NCBI GenBank assembly: GCA_002269645.1
Contig: NIVC01001375.1
Span: 238,626-302,625, forward strand
Length of the DNA: 64,000 nt
Reading direction: 5' to 3'
Source: Macrostomum lignano
Lineage: Eukaryota
Below are positions 35,401-49,599 of this stretch, piece after piece (within the stretch, counting starts at the first letter, position 1; each line of letters opens with the position of its first letter). The translations under genes were made by a program, and so were the position numbers. The notes beneath the pieces are model-generated. The model made no database searches, had not been told where the DNA came from, and was given only the letters and a program-made list of their open reading frames with translations.

Positions 35401-37023
35401 CAGATAGAGCAGCAGATAGTTCAGCAGATAGATCAGCAGATAGAGCAGCAGATAGATAAGCAAATAGATCAGCAGCCACCCCTTCCCCACCCAGCCTGAC
35501 GGAGAACGATTTGATAGTGGCCGCCCTGACCCTGACCTTCGCGGCCTTCATGCTGCTGACCCCGTGGGTCGGACTGCCGGCCCCGCTGAGCCAGGTCATA
35601 GGTCAGATAGATTAGCAAAAATATCAGCAGATAGATCAGTAAATAGAGTAGCAGATAGATCAGCAGATAGAGCAGCAGATAGATCAGCAGATAGAGCAGC
35701 AGATAGTTCAGCAGATAGATCAGCAGATAGAGCAGCAGATAGATAAGCAAATAGATCAGCAGCCACCCCTTCCCCACCCAGCCTGACGGAGAACGATTTG
35801 ATAGTGGCGGCCCTGACCCTGACCTTCGCGGCCTTCATGCTGCTGACCCCGTGGGTCGGACTGCCGGCCCCGCTGAGCCAGGTCATAGGTCAGATAGATT
35901 AGCAAAAATATCAGCAGATAGATCAGTAAATAGAGTAGCAGATAGATCAGCAGATAGAGCAGCAGATAGATCAGCAGATAGAGCAGCAGATAGTTCAGCA
36001 GATAGATCAGCAGATAGAGCAGCAGATAGATAAGCAAATAGATCAGCAGCCACCCCTTCCCCACCCAGCCTGACGGAGAACGATTTGATAGTGGCCGCCC
36101 TGACCCTGACCTTCGCGGCCTTCATGCTGCTGACCCCGTGGGTCGGACTGCCGGCCCCGCTGAGCTCCTACTTCATCGTCAACGGCACCGCCAGCGACGA
36201 CAGCGCCGGGCTGCCGATTCGAGTCGAGGACCACTCAGGCGGCTGCTCGCCAGCTCTGCCCTGGTGCTACCGAGTGCCTGCGGTAAAACTGCCCCTGGCA
36301 ATTCTGGCCATCGCTGTGCACTCAGTTGGCTATCCTATCGCCATAGTGCTGGCGCCCTCCGTGCTCACGAAAATTCTTGGCCAAATTCGACAAGTGAGTG
36401 ATAATTTATAGATGATTCATAGACAGAGATATGACCTCATTTAAACAATATGTACGCTCATGAGTCATTTACAGAGATATGATCTCATTTGAACAATCTG
36501 TGCACTCATGATTCATAGACAGATATGTGACCTCATTTGAACAATCTGTACACTCATGAGTCATAGACAGATATGTGACCTCATTTGAACAATATGTACA
36601 CTCACGAGTCATAGACAGAGATATGACCCCATTTAAACAATCTGTACAGGCATGAGTCATAGACAGAGATATGACCCCATTAAAATAATCTGTACAGTCA
36701 TGAGTCATAAACAGAGATATGACCTCATTAAAATAATCTGTACACTCATGAGTCATAGACAGAGATATGACCCCATTTAAACACAGGGCGTGTGGATGGG
36801 CCTGCTCACAGGCGGGGGCAGCTTGGCTCGCTGCATCGGCCCCATAGTGGTGAGCCTTCTATTCTCCGGCTACGGACCGCAAGCCTCTTTTCTAACCAGT
36901 TCAGGCCTCGTCCTACTCAGCCTGATCGCCGTTGTCGCGTTCGCTAAACGACTCGTACCGTTCGACGTTTATCGGATGCGAAGAATGCGCCTAGGCGGCT
37001 ACGGGACCTACGCCGAGATCTGA
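32494..37023 (+). CDS. MFSD8: MFSD8/CLN7-like lysosomal MFS protein, ~554 aa; exons 32494-32591, 32807-32942, 33373-33835, 33929-34024, 34237-34411, 34766-34900, 36069-36393, 36787-37023
   Basis: N-terminal EEGSPLL dileucine motif, [62 protein letters not shown] and [24 protein letters not shown] phases sum to 1665 nt (555 codons). Confidence 0.93.
34099..34232 (+). repeat. Short array of the same 28-bp unit in MFSD8 intron 4, abutting the acceptor at 34236
   Basis: AGATCC(T/C)CAGTTGCTGGGCCAGCCTCCC, ~4.5 copies. Confidence 0.92.
34925..36050. repeat. 12-bp GATAGATCAGCA minisatellite plus a 287-bp triplication containing the exon-7 acceptor and first ~97 nt of exon 7 (MFSD8 intron 6)
   Basis: CCACCCAG|CCTGACGGAG begins at 35495, 35782 and 36069, an exact 287-bp spacing. 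Confidence 0.93.
36405..36786. repeat. 48-bp minisatellite x8 filling MFSD8 intron 7
   Basis: The TGA(C/T)C(T/C)CATT motif recurs at 36432, 36480, 36528, 36576, 36624, 36672, 36720 and 36768. Confidence 0.92.
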
Positions 37024-38887
37024 ACGTAAAGGACATGCATCCTACCTAATTTAAAGAAAAACCTAATCAAATATGATAGTAGAATCTCGTATTGAAGGGA
37101 AATCCTGTATCTAAAGATTAATCCCGTAAGATCAGATCACTCTCATATCTAAGACAAATCATGTTTGTAATTGAAATCCCATGTCTAGGGTTTCATTAAA
37201 ATACAGGAATTCGTCGATATTAGGCTAGCAAAATAATTGCCATTTTAGGTAAAATTCCATGTATATAAAATGGAAATTTCCTAGTTAGAGTATTAATAAA
37301 AATAAAAAGGAAATTTTTGCCTCGAAAAAGAAATTCGAGTATTTTCTGTATAGTTTGTTTTAATTACGCTCGTAACTAGTTTAAATTTAGTGCATCCACA
37401 AGATTATCCAAGTTGCTATTTATAGGTTTCAATTTTGAATTGCCGCGTTGACTCGCAAAATTTCAACTACACTTTCACATAACTTTGAACCTTTAAATAG
37501 ATGTAATTATTTATTTATTTTTTGTGACCTACCTGTACTTTTTTCGCTGTTGTGGAATTTATATCTATTAGAAATATCACTCCCACAAAGTTAATAAAAA
37601 CTTGCAAAGTTGGTAACAATTAACTTTCTGATTTTGTTTTGCGTATTATAACAAATCAACATTTTTTCTGAATTCTATTGCTCCACAATCTGATCAAAAT
37701 ATTGAATTTTATGTATCTCAATTTTTAGTTTCAATGTGACAACAGCAAATACGGCATTTAATCACTTTCGACTGATGCATATCCGCTTCAAATTGAATCG
37801 ATTTTCGTCAGTTTTCATGCTTAAAACTTTTATTATATGATTAAACATTTTATCCAGTTTTAATTGCTTTATAATTAATTCTATTGTATTCATAAACTGC
37901 GTGTTAGTTTGTTACTGATGAAATTACTTGTCTGGTAGTGCTTTAAGACTTTTTTATGTATAAATTCAGCCTCCACAAAGGTGTAACTCATTTTATAAAT
38001 CAAGGTACAAGAAGAAATGTCCTGTTAAGGTATTTTTTTCAAAAACTTTCAAATTAAAATTGATTGGTTGTAAACACGAAGAAGCAGTGAATTTATGTAT
38101 TTTGCACAGCAAGAAAGTAGCACGATATAATTATAAAAACTATTATAAAAAACTAAACAAACAGATAAGCAGAATGGAATAAGTGCAATAAATTTTATAA
38201 GCACCATATAAGCCTGGCACAATATAATTCAACATTTAATTCAAGCGCTAGATGTAGAAAAAAATTACGTGGAAAAGCCGGTTTAGAGTAAAATGATACT
38301 TTTTATAATTAAAATTTGTCAAAATGTATTCGCTGTCAAAGTTTTATAATAATAAAACCTGAAGAATTCTAACTATTTGCCAAAATTACGAAACTAAACT
38401 TAAAAAAAATCTAAATAGCACAAAAATGTTTGAACTATGTCGTGGAAAAGTGTGCTTTAGTATGAAAATGAATTATCATTCAAATATTAGAATCTAGTAA
38501 TTTGATGCTAATCTAGGATTATCGATTATTGATATCTTTTATATATATTTATCGTCAAAGTTTAGTCAATTGGAAGACAATTAAAACAAATAGGAACAAA
38601 AATATATAAGCAAAATTAAGACAAAATTAAAGTTTAGTTAAATTGAGATTTTATTGCTATTGGGTTTAAAGAACTACATAAATTTATGCATGCAGAGGCG
38701 CAAAAACGCTGAAGTTAATTACAAATTAAAACTGCTACTAAAACCAAAATAAAATAGTTTTATGTCAGAAATATCATCACAAATTTTTTTGCATTTTAAA
38801 AAATGTTCTAAACTAAATTATAAAAGATTTCGTTAAATTTATTTTTTTTAAATTACTAAAACAAAAAAGTAATTGCTTGCTTAAATG

Positions 38888-41504
38888 TCATTCAGATTTC
38901 ATTCGCAGAGGCTGAACCCAGATCATCAACTGGGCCAAGGGCAGTATAGCTGCTAGGCCGCCAATGCTGTAGCTTAAAGTCGGACCGTAGAGCCAGAAAG
39001 CTGAAAAAATCAATAAAATACGCAAGTCTGCAAGTAACTTGATAGCCTTAAGAGTACAAGTAGACAGTAATGATTTTTATAACTAACTTTTAAAAGATTT
39101 TTCAATTATCTATTATATCAGTTATTCACCCCATAAGAACCCCATTTAAAGCCTATTTAGTAATTTTTTTTATTTCTACTTTCAGAATACTGCAAGTAGG
39201 CAAGCAGCGAATTTTATTAACAAATTATTACACTTGAATTGATAGCTTACTGCAAGTAGGCAAGCTACGAATTTTATTAAAATTTTATTTATAGCTTACT
39301 GCAAGTAGGCAAGCTACGAATTTTATTAAAATTTTATTTATAGCTTACTGCAAGTAGGCAAGCATCGAATTTTATTAAAATTTTATTTATAGCTTACTGC
39401 AAGTAGGCAAGCATCGAATTTTATAACCCAAACCCAAACTTACCAAGCGAAGCAAACAGTGGACCGACAGCTCGAGCCAACGAGCCCAAGGATCTGAGCA
39501 CGCCAAGCGCTTGACCCTGCGACTCGGGCGGAGCCAGCTGCGACAGCATAGCGGTCAGAGCTGGCACGGGACAAGCGGAGCACATTGAGAATAACAATAC
39601 GCCAATGTAGAAGACCGATTGGCCAGTTGCATTGCCTAGCAACAAGCCGGCCGGGCACAGAGCGGCAATGGCTAAGCTGGCCAGTTTGAGCTCCGAACCA
39701 GCTCGAATCCGACGAACCAAGCCGCCTTGAAGGAGGGCGCTGGTCACGCCGATGCACAGAAACATGACGCCCTGCTGGCCCCGGCTGAATCCCAGGCGTA
39801 GGTGGGCCAAGAATGGCAGCGTGAACTCCAGGCCAGAGAATAGCGTTAGGAATAGAAAATACACCAGGGCGATGTGGCGCATCTGACCTCGCTCTGGAAG
39901 CGATTGTGTACATGAAACTGGCATTGATGTGCTATCGATTATAGTAGCATTCACAGGTGAGATTCACAATGTGATTCACTGTGATTCACGCATCCTTAAC
40001 GATGAGGTTCACACATTCTTCACGACTAGATTCTCACATTCTTCACGACTAGATTCACACATTTTTCCAATGTGATTGACACATGATTCGCACATTATTC
40101 ACGATGAGATTCGCTCATTCTTTACTATCAGGTTCACACATTCTTCACGACTAGATTCTCACACATTCTTCACAATGAGATTCACACATTTTTCCCAATG
40201 TGATTGACACGTGATTCGCACATGATTCACGATGAGATTCGCTCATTCTTTACTGTGAGGTTCACACATTCTTCACGACTAGATTCACACATTTTTCCCA
40301 ATGTGATTGACACATGATTCACGATGAGATTCGCTCATTATTTACTGTAAGGTTCACACATTCATCACAATGAGATTCACAAATTCTTTATACTATGAAG
40401 TTCACACATTCTTTACAGTGAGATTTACTCATTCTTTACTGTGAGGTTCACACATTCTTTACAGTGAGTTTCACACATTCTTTACTATGAGGTTCACACA
40501 TGCTTCACGATGCGATTCACGCATCCTTCACGATAAGATTCACACATTTTTCACAATGCGATTCACACATTTTTCACGATGACATTCGCAGATAGATTCA
40601 CCGATGCATCATAGGTTATTTTCAACTTTAAGTTACAAACAAATATAATTAAGCCATCCGCACTCCATACTACTCACCAAACTGCCCAGCAGTAGGCATC
40701 GCGTCAAACGCAAACAATCGAGCAGGATTTAACAGTACAGCAGCTCGGCTCACAGCTGCTGCGCCGCCGCCGCGGCCGCCCGACCCTCGCCGACAAGTCT
40801 CCGGCAGTTTGAGTCGAGCAACCAGCAGGGCAGCAGCTGCCAGCACCAGGGCCAGCACAGCCGGGTAAGCAAAATTGCCAGCCGAATTCGATCTCAAGCT
40901 CTGCGCCAAGAATGCGCCCAGAGCCGGGCCAGTTGAGAAAGCCAAGCTGAACGCCAAGCCAATCCACAGCATTCCTCTGCCGCGATGGTCCGCGTCTGAA
41001 GCGTCGCTAACTGCGGCGGTGCACACGGTGACGCTGCAACGGGCCAGGCCGGCTAAAACTCTCGAGGCTAGAAAAACCGCGAACGAAGCGGAGGACAGGG
41101 CCCACAGGGTGTACGCTGCGGCTGTGCCTACTAGGGACAGGGTTAGCACTGGCAGTCTGCCAATAGCATCTGACAGACCGCCGGCCAATGGCGCCGATAT
41201 GAACTGCAGCACAGAGAACAGGGAGCCGAGAAGGCCTCCAAGCAGGACCGAGTCCCAGCTTCTCTCCTGCTGCTGGCCGCTTAGGGCTGCCGGCTGCAGG
41301 TCCGGGATGCCCAGGCTGATGCGGAAGCGCTGAGATGTGCGCTTGAACTCGTTGAACAGCTGGTCCTGCGGGATGGGGGGTGGAGTCATCGCTATACACT
41401 TGGAAAGACAGACAGACAGACAGGCAGAAGGCAGACAGACAGGCAGACAGACACATAGACAGACAGACAGAAAGACAGACAGACAAACAAACACACAGAC
41501 AGAC

Positions 41505-41569
<65 letters not shown>

Positions 41570-41570
41570 C

Positions 41571-41641
<71 letters not shown>

Positions 41642-41664
41642 GTCAGACAGACAGACAGACAGTC

Positions 41665-41701
<37 letters not shown>

Positions 41702-41731
41702 CACAGACAGACAGACAGAAAGACAGACAGG

Positions 41732-41765
<34 letters not shown>

Positions 41766-41766
41766 C

Positions 41767-41821
<55 letters not shown>

Positions 41822-41839
41822 GTCAGACAGTCAGACAGT

Positions 41840-41877
<38 letters not shown>

Positions 41878-41934
41878 AACACACAGACAGACAGACAGAC
41901 AGTCAGACAGACAGACAGACAGACAGACAAACAC

Positions 41935-41973
<39 letters not shown>

Positions 41974-41974
41974 C

Positions 41975-42013
<39 letters not shown>

Positions 42014-42056
42014 AACAAACACACAGACAGACAGACAAACACACAGACAGACAGAC

Positions 42057-42149
<93 letters not shown>

Positions 42150-42358
42150 CCGACAGGCAAGCAACTCACATCCCCCATCGCAGCGAAGTGATCCAGTATG
42201 GAGGGGAACAGCGGCAGGATCAGTGTGAAGCCCAGCAAATCCAACAGCAAGGTGAAGAACACGGCTGTGAAAACTGATTTCCGTGTAGCGGCGGAGGCGG
42301 CAGCGCCATCGGCAGTGCCAGTTGACTCTGCAGTCATGCTGCGGGTAACAGCTGGCAT
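38888..42358 (-). CDS. MFSD10: MFSD10/TETRAN-like MFS transporter, ~479 aa; exons 42358-42170, 41365-40678, 39893-39444, 39000-38888
   Basis: [66 protein letters not shown] and [24 protein letters not shown] phases sum to 1440 nt. Confidence 0.93.
39188..39422. repeat. 49-bp minisatellite x~5 in MFSD10 intron 3
   Basis: GCTTACTGCAAGTAGGCAAG at 39245, 39294, 39343 and 39392. Confidence 0.9.
39955..40605. repeat. Degenerate ~22-bp minisatellite (GATTCACACATTCTTCACGAT) filling MFSD10 intron 2
   Basis: Direct reading. Confidence 0.85.
41405..42150. repeat. (GACA)n, i.e. (TGTC)n in gene sense, filling MFSD10 intron 1
   Basis: Direct reading. Confidence 0.95.
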
Positions 42359-42677
42359 GGGCCCGAGTTATTTAGTCAATGCTGTCAATTGTTGAAATCT
42401 TTATATAGGCAACTGCTGGGCCAAGATCTAGATGCTAGAAACGCCAAATATGTGCGCACAATTATTGAAGTTAATGTAATAAACAATAAGAACTAATAGA
42501 AGCAGGTGTTTTTCAAGTCGATCTAGGACTCAGTGAACCAGTTACTGGATAACACTAGTTCTGATGATTCATTTCATTGTGAAGAAAAGATACGAGCCCA
42601 TATAAACTTAAGTAAAGCACCTGCTGCAACAGTTCAATATAGAAAGAGCTAGACAGTTAAATTCAAGCTACAGCTCA

Positions 42678-43060
42678 AGGATCTGGGAAGCTGGCCCAGC
42701 AACTGGGGATCTGGGAGGCTGGCCCAGCAACTAGGGATCTGGGAAGCTGGCCCAGCAATTGAGGATCTAGGAGGCTGGACCAGGAGTTGAGGATCTGGGA
42801 GGCTGGCCAAGCAACTGGGGATCTGGGAAGCTGGCCTAGCAACTGGGGATCTAGGAGGCTGGCCCAGCAACTAGGGATCTGGGAAGCTGGCCTAGCAATT
42901 GAGGATCTGGGAAGCTGGCCTAGCAACTAGGGATCTAGGAGGCTGGCCCAGCAACTAGGGATCTGGGAAGCTAGCCTAGTAATCTGCTGATCTGGGAGGA
43001 TGGCCTAGCAACTGAGGATATAGGAGGGCAGCCTAGCAATTGAAAATCTAGGAGGCTAGT
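42678..43060 (-). repeat. Third, more diverged array of the 28-bp family, upstream of MFSD10
   Basis: The + strand reads GGATCTGGGAGGCTGGCCCAGCAACT(G/A)GG, the reverse complement of the unit. Confidence 0.9.
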
Positions 43061-43599
43061 CTAGATTTTATATGCTATACAAAAATTTTCTTAATTTAGC
43101 TTTATCTTCTTAAGATTCCTGCTTAGCACAGAGGGTTTATTATCACTGATTGATCATTTATAATATATTGGTCAATGGTCATAATGTATTAGTATTAAAT
43201 ATTGAATTTACTTGCAGACTTTGCTATAGTGCAAAGGAAAATCAATACATAAAGCATAGCAGTATAAATAGTAAACATAGTCTTTTTGCCTATATTAAAA
43301 ACATGTTATTGTTAAACAATCAGAATTTTTAAGTACAATTAAATTGACTCATTCTGATTACTCATGACATGATTAAAAATCAACTATACAATAGTAATCA
43401 TAAATCACAACTATTTTGGATGGGGTATAAATTAAAACAGCTAATCCAGTAATCCTCAACAAAAAGTGAAACAATGCATTTAAAATTTTGCATTAAAAAA
43501 GGCCTTTGCACATAAATTTGGTTGAGTAAAAATTTGGTTATTATAATATTTTTGTCTGCACCTATACATTATAGGCATTTTTGTTTGGGAGCCATATGT

Positions 43600-43835
43600 A
43601 TGTAGATAAATTAAAAATAAGAGAAACTATCTAATAATGCGAAAATCAAATGTAGGACCGTAGGTAGGGCGCAGTGCCCAATTGGGGTGTATTTTTAGAG
43701 ACCTATTCTTCTAATATTAACTGAAATTAGTCTAGGAACGAAGTTGTACTTTTTATTACTAAAAAGTTCAGGCATTCAGGCTGTAGACTGGAATACCGGA
43801 CAAACAAACAAACAAACCTTAGAGATTTAGTATAT
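43600..43835 (-). mobile_element. Possible decayed Helitron-like 5' fragment
   Basis: Minus strand TATACTAAATCTCTAAGGTTTGTTTGTTTGTTTGTCCGG resembles invertebrate non-autonomous Helitron 5' ends. No 3' hairpin-CTAG end was identified. Confidence 0.3.
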
Positions 43836-44679
43836 TGTGATTTACAATTTCACCTATTGTCCTATTTGATGAATATTGAATAATGCCATATGGTTCCTAG
43901 AAAATATGGACTTAAAAAGTGAGTTGAGAAAAACAAATAACAGACCCTGTTATACGGCTCATATATAGCTAATAATATAGCTAATATTGTAATTATTGCT
44001 TAATTTTGGTACATTTTTTCGAAACATATATTTATTTACACCATTTGATAAATATAATCAAAAAGTTCCTTCTCTTTGCCATTAAAACGTTAGCCAATTT
44101 TGCAGGAACAAACTAATCCGTTCTTTGCTGATGTAAAACTTTAAAACTGAAATTAAAAATAGGCAAGAGTATTGAAATTCTGTTTAAAGTTACCAAGCCA
44201 GAACTTTTCCAATTCCTGTTTATATCAGACAAATCTGCGCAGCATATTGCTCTGAGTAGCGTATTGCGCACAATATTCACATCATAAAATGAGCATAACT
44301 ACTGCCATCGAAAGATAAGTTTAAATTAGAAAACCATGAAAGTTTTGGAACAAATATTTATGCTTTTCTGGATGTGCGAAAGTGCGTTTGGAAAGGATCT
44401 ACTCTTTAAAGATAACAGTCCAGCTGACTTTTCGACTATGGTGTGTAAAAATTCATTCAGCCGACGAGTTCAAAATTTGTTGCGCATAATGATACAGCCG
44501 CTCTGCTATCCGGCATTTTGTCTGGATAAATTTATCCAGACTCTCCAGCCATCGTAAAAGTCACTGTCATCTGCACTTCCATCACTACCATAACCGTCAT
44601 TCACATACATGTAGCTACTTGTAGCAGCTGTGCAGGTAGCCCATATTTAGCTTTAGTACCTACCGAGACTCCAGCGGTC

Positions 44680-45560
44680 TCCCTCTCGACTCAGTCTCCC
44701 TCTTCCCTTCAGTCTCCCAATTCCCCTCAGTCCCCTTTTCCCCTCAGTCTCCCTCTTCCCCTCAATCTCCCTCTTCCCCTCAGTCTCCCAATTCCCCTCA
44801 GTCCCCTTTTCCCCTCAGTCTCCCTCTTCCCCTCAGTCTCCCTCTTCCCCTCAGTCTCCCTCTTCTCAGTCTCCCTCTTCCCCTCAGTCTCCCTCTCTCC
44901 TCAGTCTCCCTCTTCCCCTCAGTCTCCCTCTTCCCCTCAGTCTCCCTCTTCTCAGTCTCCCTCTTCCCCTCAGTCTCCCTCTCTCCTCAGTCTCCCTCTT
45001 CCCCTCAGTCTCCCTCTTCCCCTCAGTCTCCCCCTTCCCCTCAGTCTCCCTCTTCCCCTGCAGTCTCCCTCTCTCCTCAGTCTCCCTCTTCCCCTCAGTC
45101 TCCCTCTTCCCCTCAGTCTCCCTCTTCCCCTGCAGTCTCCCTCTCTCCTCAGTCTCCCTCTTCCCCTCAGTCTCCCTCTTCCCCTCAGTCTCCCTCTTCT
45201 CAGTCTCCCTCTTCCCCTCAGTCTCCCTCTTCCCCTCAGTCTCCCTCTTCCCCTCAGTCTCCCTCTCTCCTCAGTCTCCCTCTTCCCCTCAGTCTCCCTC
45301 TTCTCAGTCTCCCTCTTCCCCTCAGTCTCCCTCTTCCCCTCAGTCTCCCTCTTCCCCTCAGTCTCCCTCTTCTCAGTCTCCCTCTTCCCCTCAGTCTCCC
45401 TCTTCCCCTCAGTCTCCCTCTTCCCCTCAGTCTCCCTCTTCCCCTCAGTCTCCCTCTTCCCCTCAGTCTCCCTCTTCCCCTCAGTCTCCCTCTTCCCCTC
45501 AGTCTCCCTCTTCCCCTCAGTCTCCCTCTTCCCCTCAGTCTCCCTCTCCCCTCAGTCTCC
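44680..45560. repeat. 18-bp strand-skewed minisatellite CCCCTCAGTCTCCCTCTT
   Basis: Direct reading, ~48 copies. Confidence 0.95.
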
Positions 45561-46399
45561 CTCTATCTCGGTCTTCATCTCCGCCTTACTCCTTATTTGT
45601 CTCCCAGCAATTCACCTTCATCATCCATCAGACACCCCCATCTGTCTGTAATTGTTAAAGACGGAGGGATTTCTGCACCACCGTGGGTACACGGTGCAGA
45701 CCACTTGACCCATGCAGCTATGCAGAGGCTTGATCACACGGTTAATTCTGAAATCCTGCAACTATTTATGATGCAATATAACTACAGTATGTCTCATATA
45801 CAGTAGATATCTACCAGTTTATATAGTTGATTATAAATCGACTAAATACCTCCAAGATTTTTTAATCTGCCAAAAATGCGAAATCTCACTATTTTTGCAG
45901 TTTTTTTCTGACTTCTTTTTTGTTCATTGTTCAGCCGCGGTCGCAGCAAACAAAGACTTGAATGTTTCCCTGTCGGAACTAGATAAAAATGACCGTTGCC
46001 TCTAAGCCACTTAGTAGTGCGCAGGACAGGCCATATGCCAGTACTGAATTCATGTCAGACTAGATCCCATGCAATACCCCATCGGAAAATATATTCCTAT
46101 AGTTATCCTACAAGATATCCGTTGCGGTCAAAAATGACAGAATTCCATCCTCTTTTATACCTAGATGTTTTATATGGGACACGATGGAAGGCAGGACACT
46201 GCATCGCGTGGAACAGTTGCTTCAAAATACGTGAAGTAACTTCGATCGCTTAGCATGAACTGACGTTTTATAAACAATTGTATTTTCCTGCGGCCTTGAA
46301 GGGCTCAAATAGACTGACCACCTGTTGTAATCTTTTATGAACCACTGACCAAGACTTTTATTTGCGTCTTTTTCTAATCCTCAATAGGATTAGGATAAA

Positions 46400-47055
<656 letters not shown>

Positions 47056-47675
47056 ACTGTAGATATTTAGAATGCATGGACTATGAATCCGACTGACGGA
47101 TTAACTAAATCCTGTAAATGACTGCAAGCAGCCATTGCATAAATGCATCATTCTTCCCAGGAAAACATTTTTGTTATTATCTACAGACCGCTGGCCTCAG
47201 TCAGTGAGGCATTTCACTCGCCTAAATGCGGGCCGAAGTTTACGTTTGAAAAACCGTTTATGCTATTTCTCCGCATTTTTATACTTATCTTAATATTTAT
47301 ACATGCGCCTTTGAACAAAGGTTGGCATTCCTTAGCAGATAGCTTAGTATAAAAAAGCTTCGCATAGATTATGCAATAACATGGATCAATTAGGTCCAGA
47401 TAGTGTATCCAGACTGTGCTGGGATTTCAGAGACGGCAGGCATCCCAGCTTATGATAAAGGTTGTGTCGTTCGATCCATTCAAAGACCCGCCATGAGTTT
47501 TAAACGATCAAATCAATCAGTCTGATATTTCCGCAGGTACCAGAAAGGGACAGAAAGGAGAGACATGTCAATTAGTTTCCCAAGCTTTCATTTACGTTAC
47601 GCGACAGCCACCTGTTTGAAAGAAACGAACTTGTTCATTTTGTTAGACATTTGCTTTCTAAAACGGAATTTGAAC

Positions 47676-48052
47676 TGAACAATCAGGGAGGGTTGGTTCT
47701 GACACTCACCCACACTGAACAATCAGGGAGGGTTGGATCTGACACTCACCCACACTGAACAATCAGGGAGGGTTGGTTCTGACACTCACCCACACTGAAC
47801 AATCAGGGAGGGTTGGATCTGAGACTCACCCACACTGAGCAATCAGGGAGGGTTGGATCTGACACTCACCCACACTGAGCAATCAGGGAGGGTTGGATCT
47901 GACACTCACCCACACTGAGCAATCAGGGAGGGTTGGATCTGACACTCACCAACACTGAGCAATCAGGGAGGGTTGGATCTGACACTCACCCACACTGAAA
48001 AATCAGGGAGGGTTGGTTCTGACACTCACCCACACTGAAAAATCAGGGAGGG
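47676..48052. repeat. 40-bp minisatellite CACACTGAACAATCAGGGAGGGTTGGATCTGACACTCACC, ~9 copies
   Basis: Direct reading. Confidence 0.93.
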
Positions 48053-48574
48053 AAGTGGTGGCATTTACTGTAAACAATTCATCCTACAAAGAACTCATAT
48101 GCGATAGCGAGCAAAACATGCAGTCTGTTGCAGTCTGTCTGTCCACTTGACTTTAAGAGTCCAAATCGCAAAAAATCAGGTTCAAGTGGTCTGCAGCATG
48201 AATGAAGTGAATGCCGGTGATTAAAAAAATGTATTGAATTTCAAGTTTGTTATTATAAATGAATGACTTCCTACAATGCCGTACACTGCACACTGCATGG
48301 GTCTTTTCGCGAATAGAAATTTCTGATTTATTTTACTTTCAAGCGAGGACGTAAAGTCGCTTGAAGGAAAGAAAATGTCATGGCCACTTCATTTCGAACA
48401 CAAGTATTTTTAGCTAAGAGACACTTTTTAGTAGCGATTCGACTCTGAATGATTTCTGTGGCGTTTCTATAAAAATATTTTACTGTGTACTAAACAGACA
48501 TAACATATGGGAAGGTTTATTTAGGTAAGTTTACAGTTTACGACTAGAGAGAGACACCAAGACAACATAGACAC

Positions 48575-49520
<946 letters not shown>

Positions 49521-49599
49521 CATGTCAGAGAAATCGCAGCAACACACCCCAGTTCGAAGCAATCCCCCACTCAGCGGCGAGCTCGAACAGCGGTAGTCA

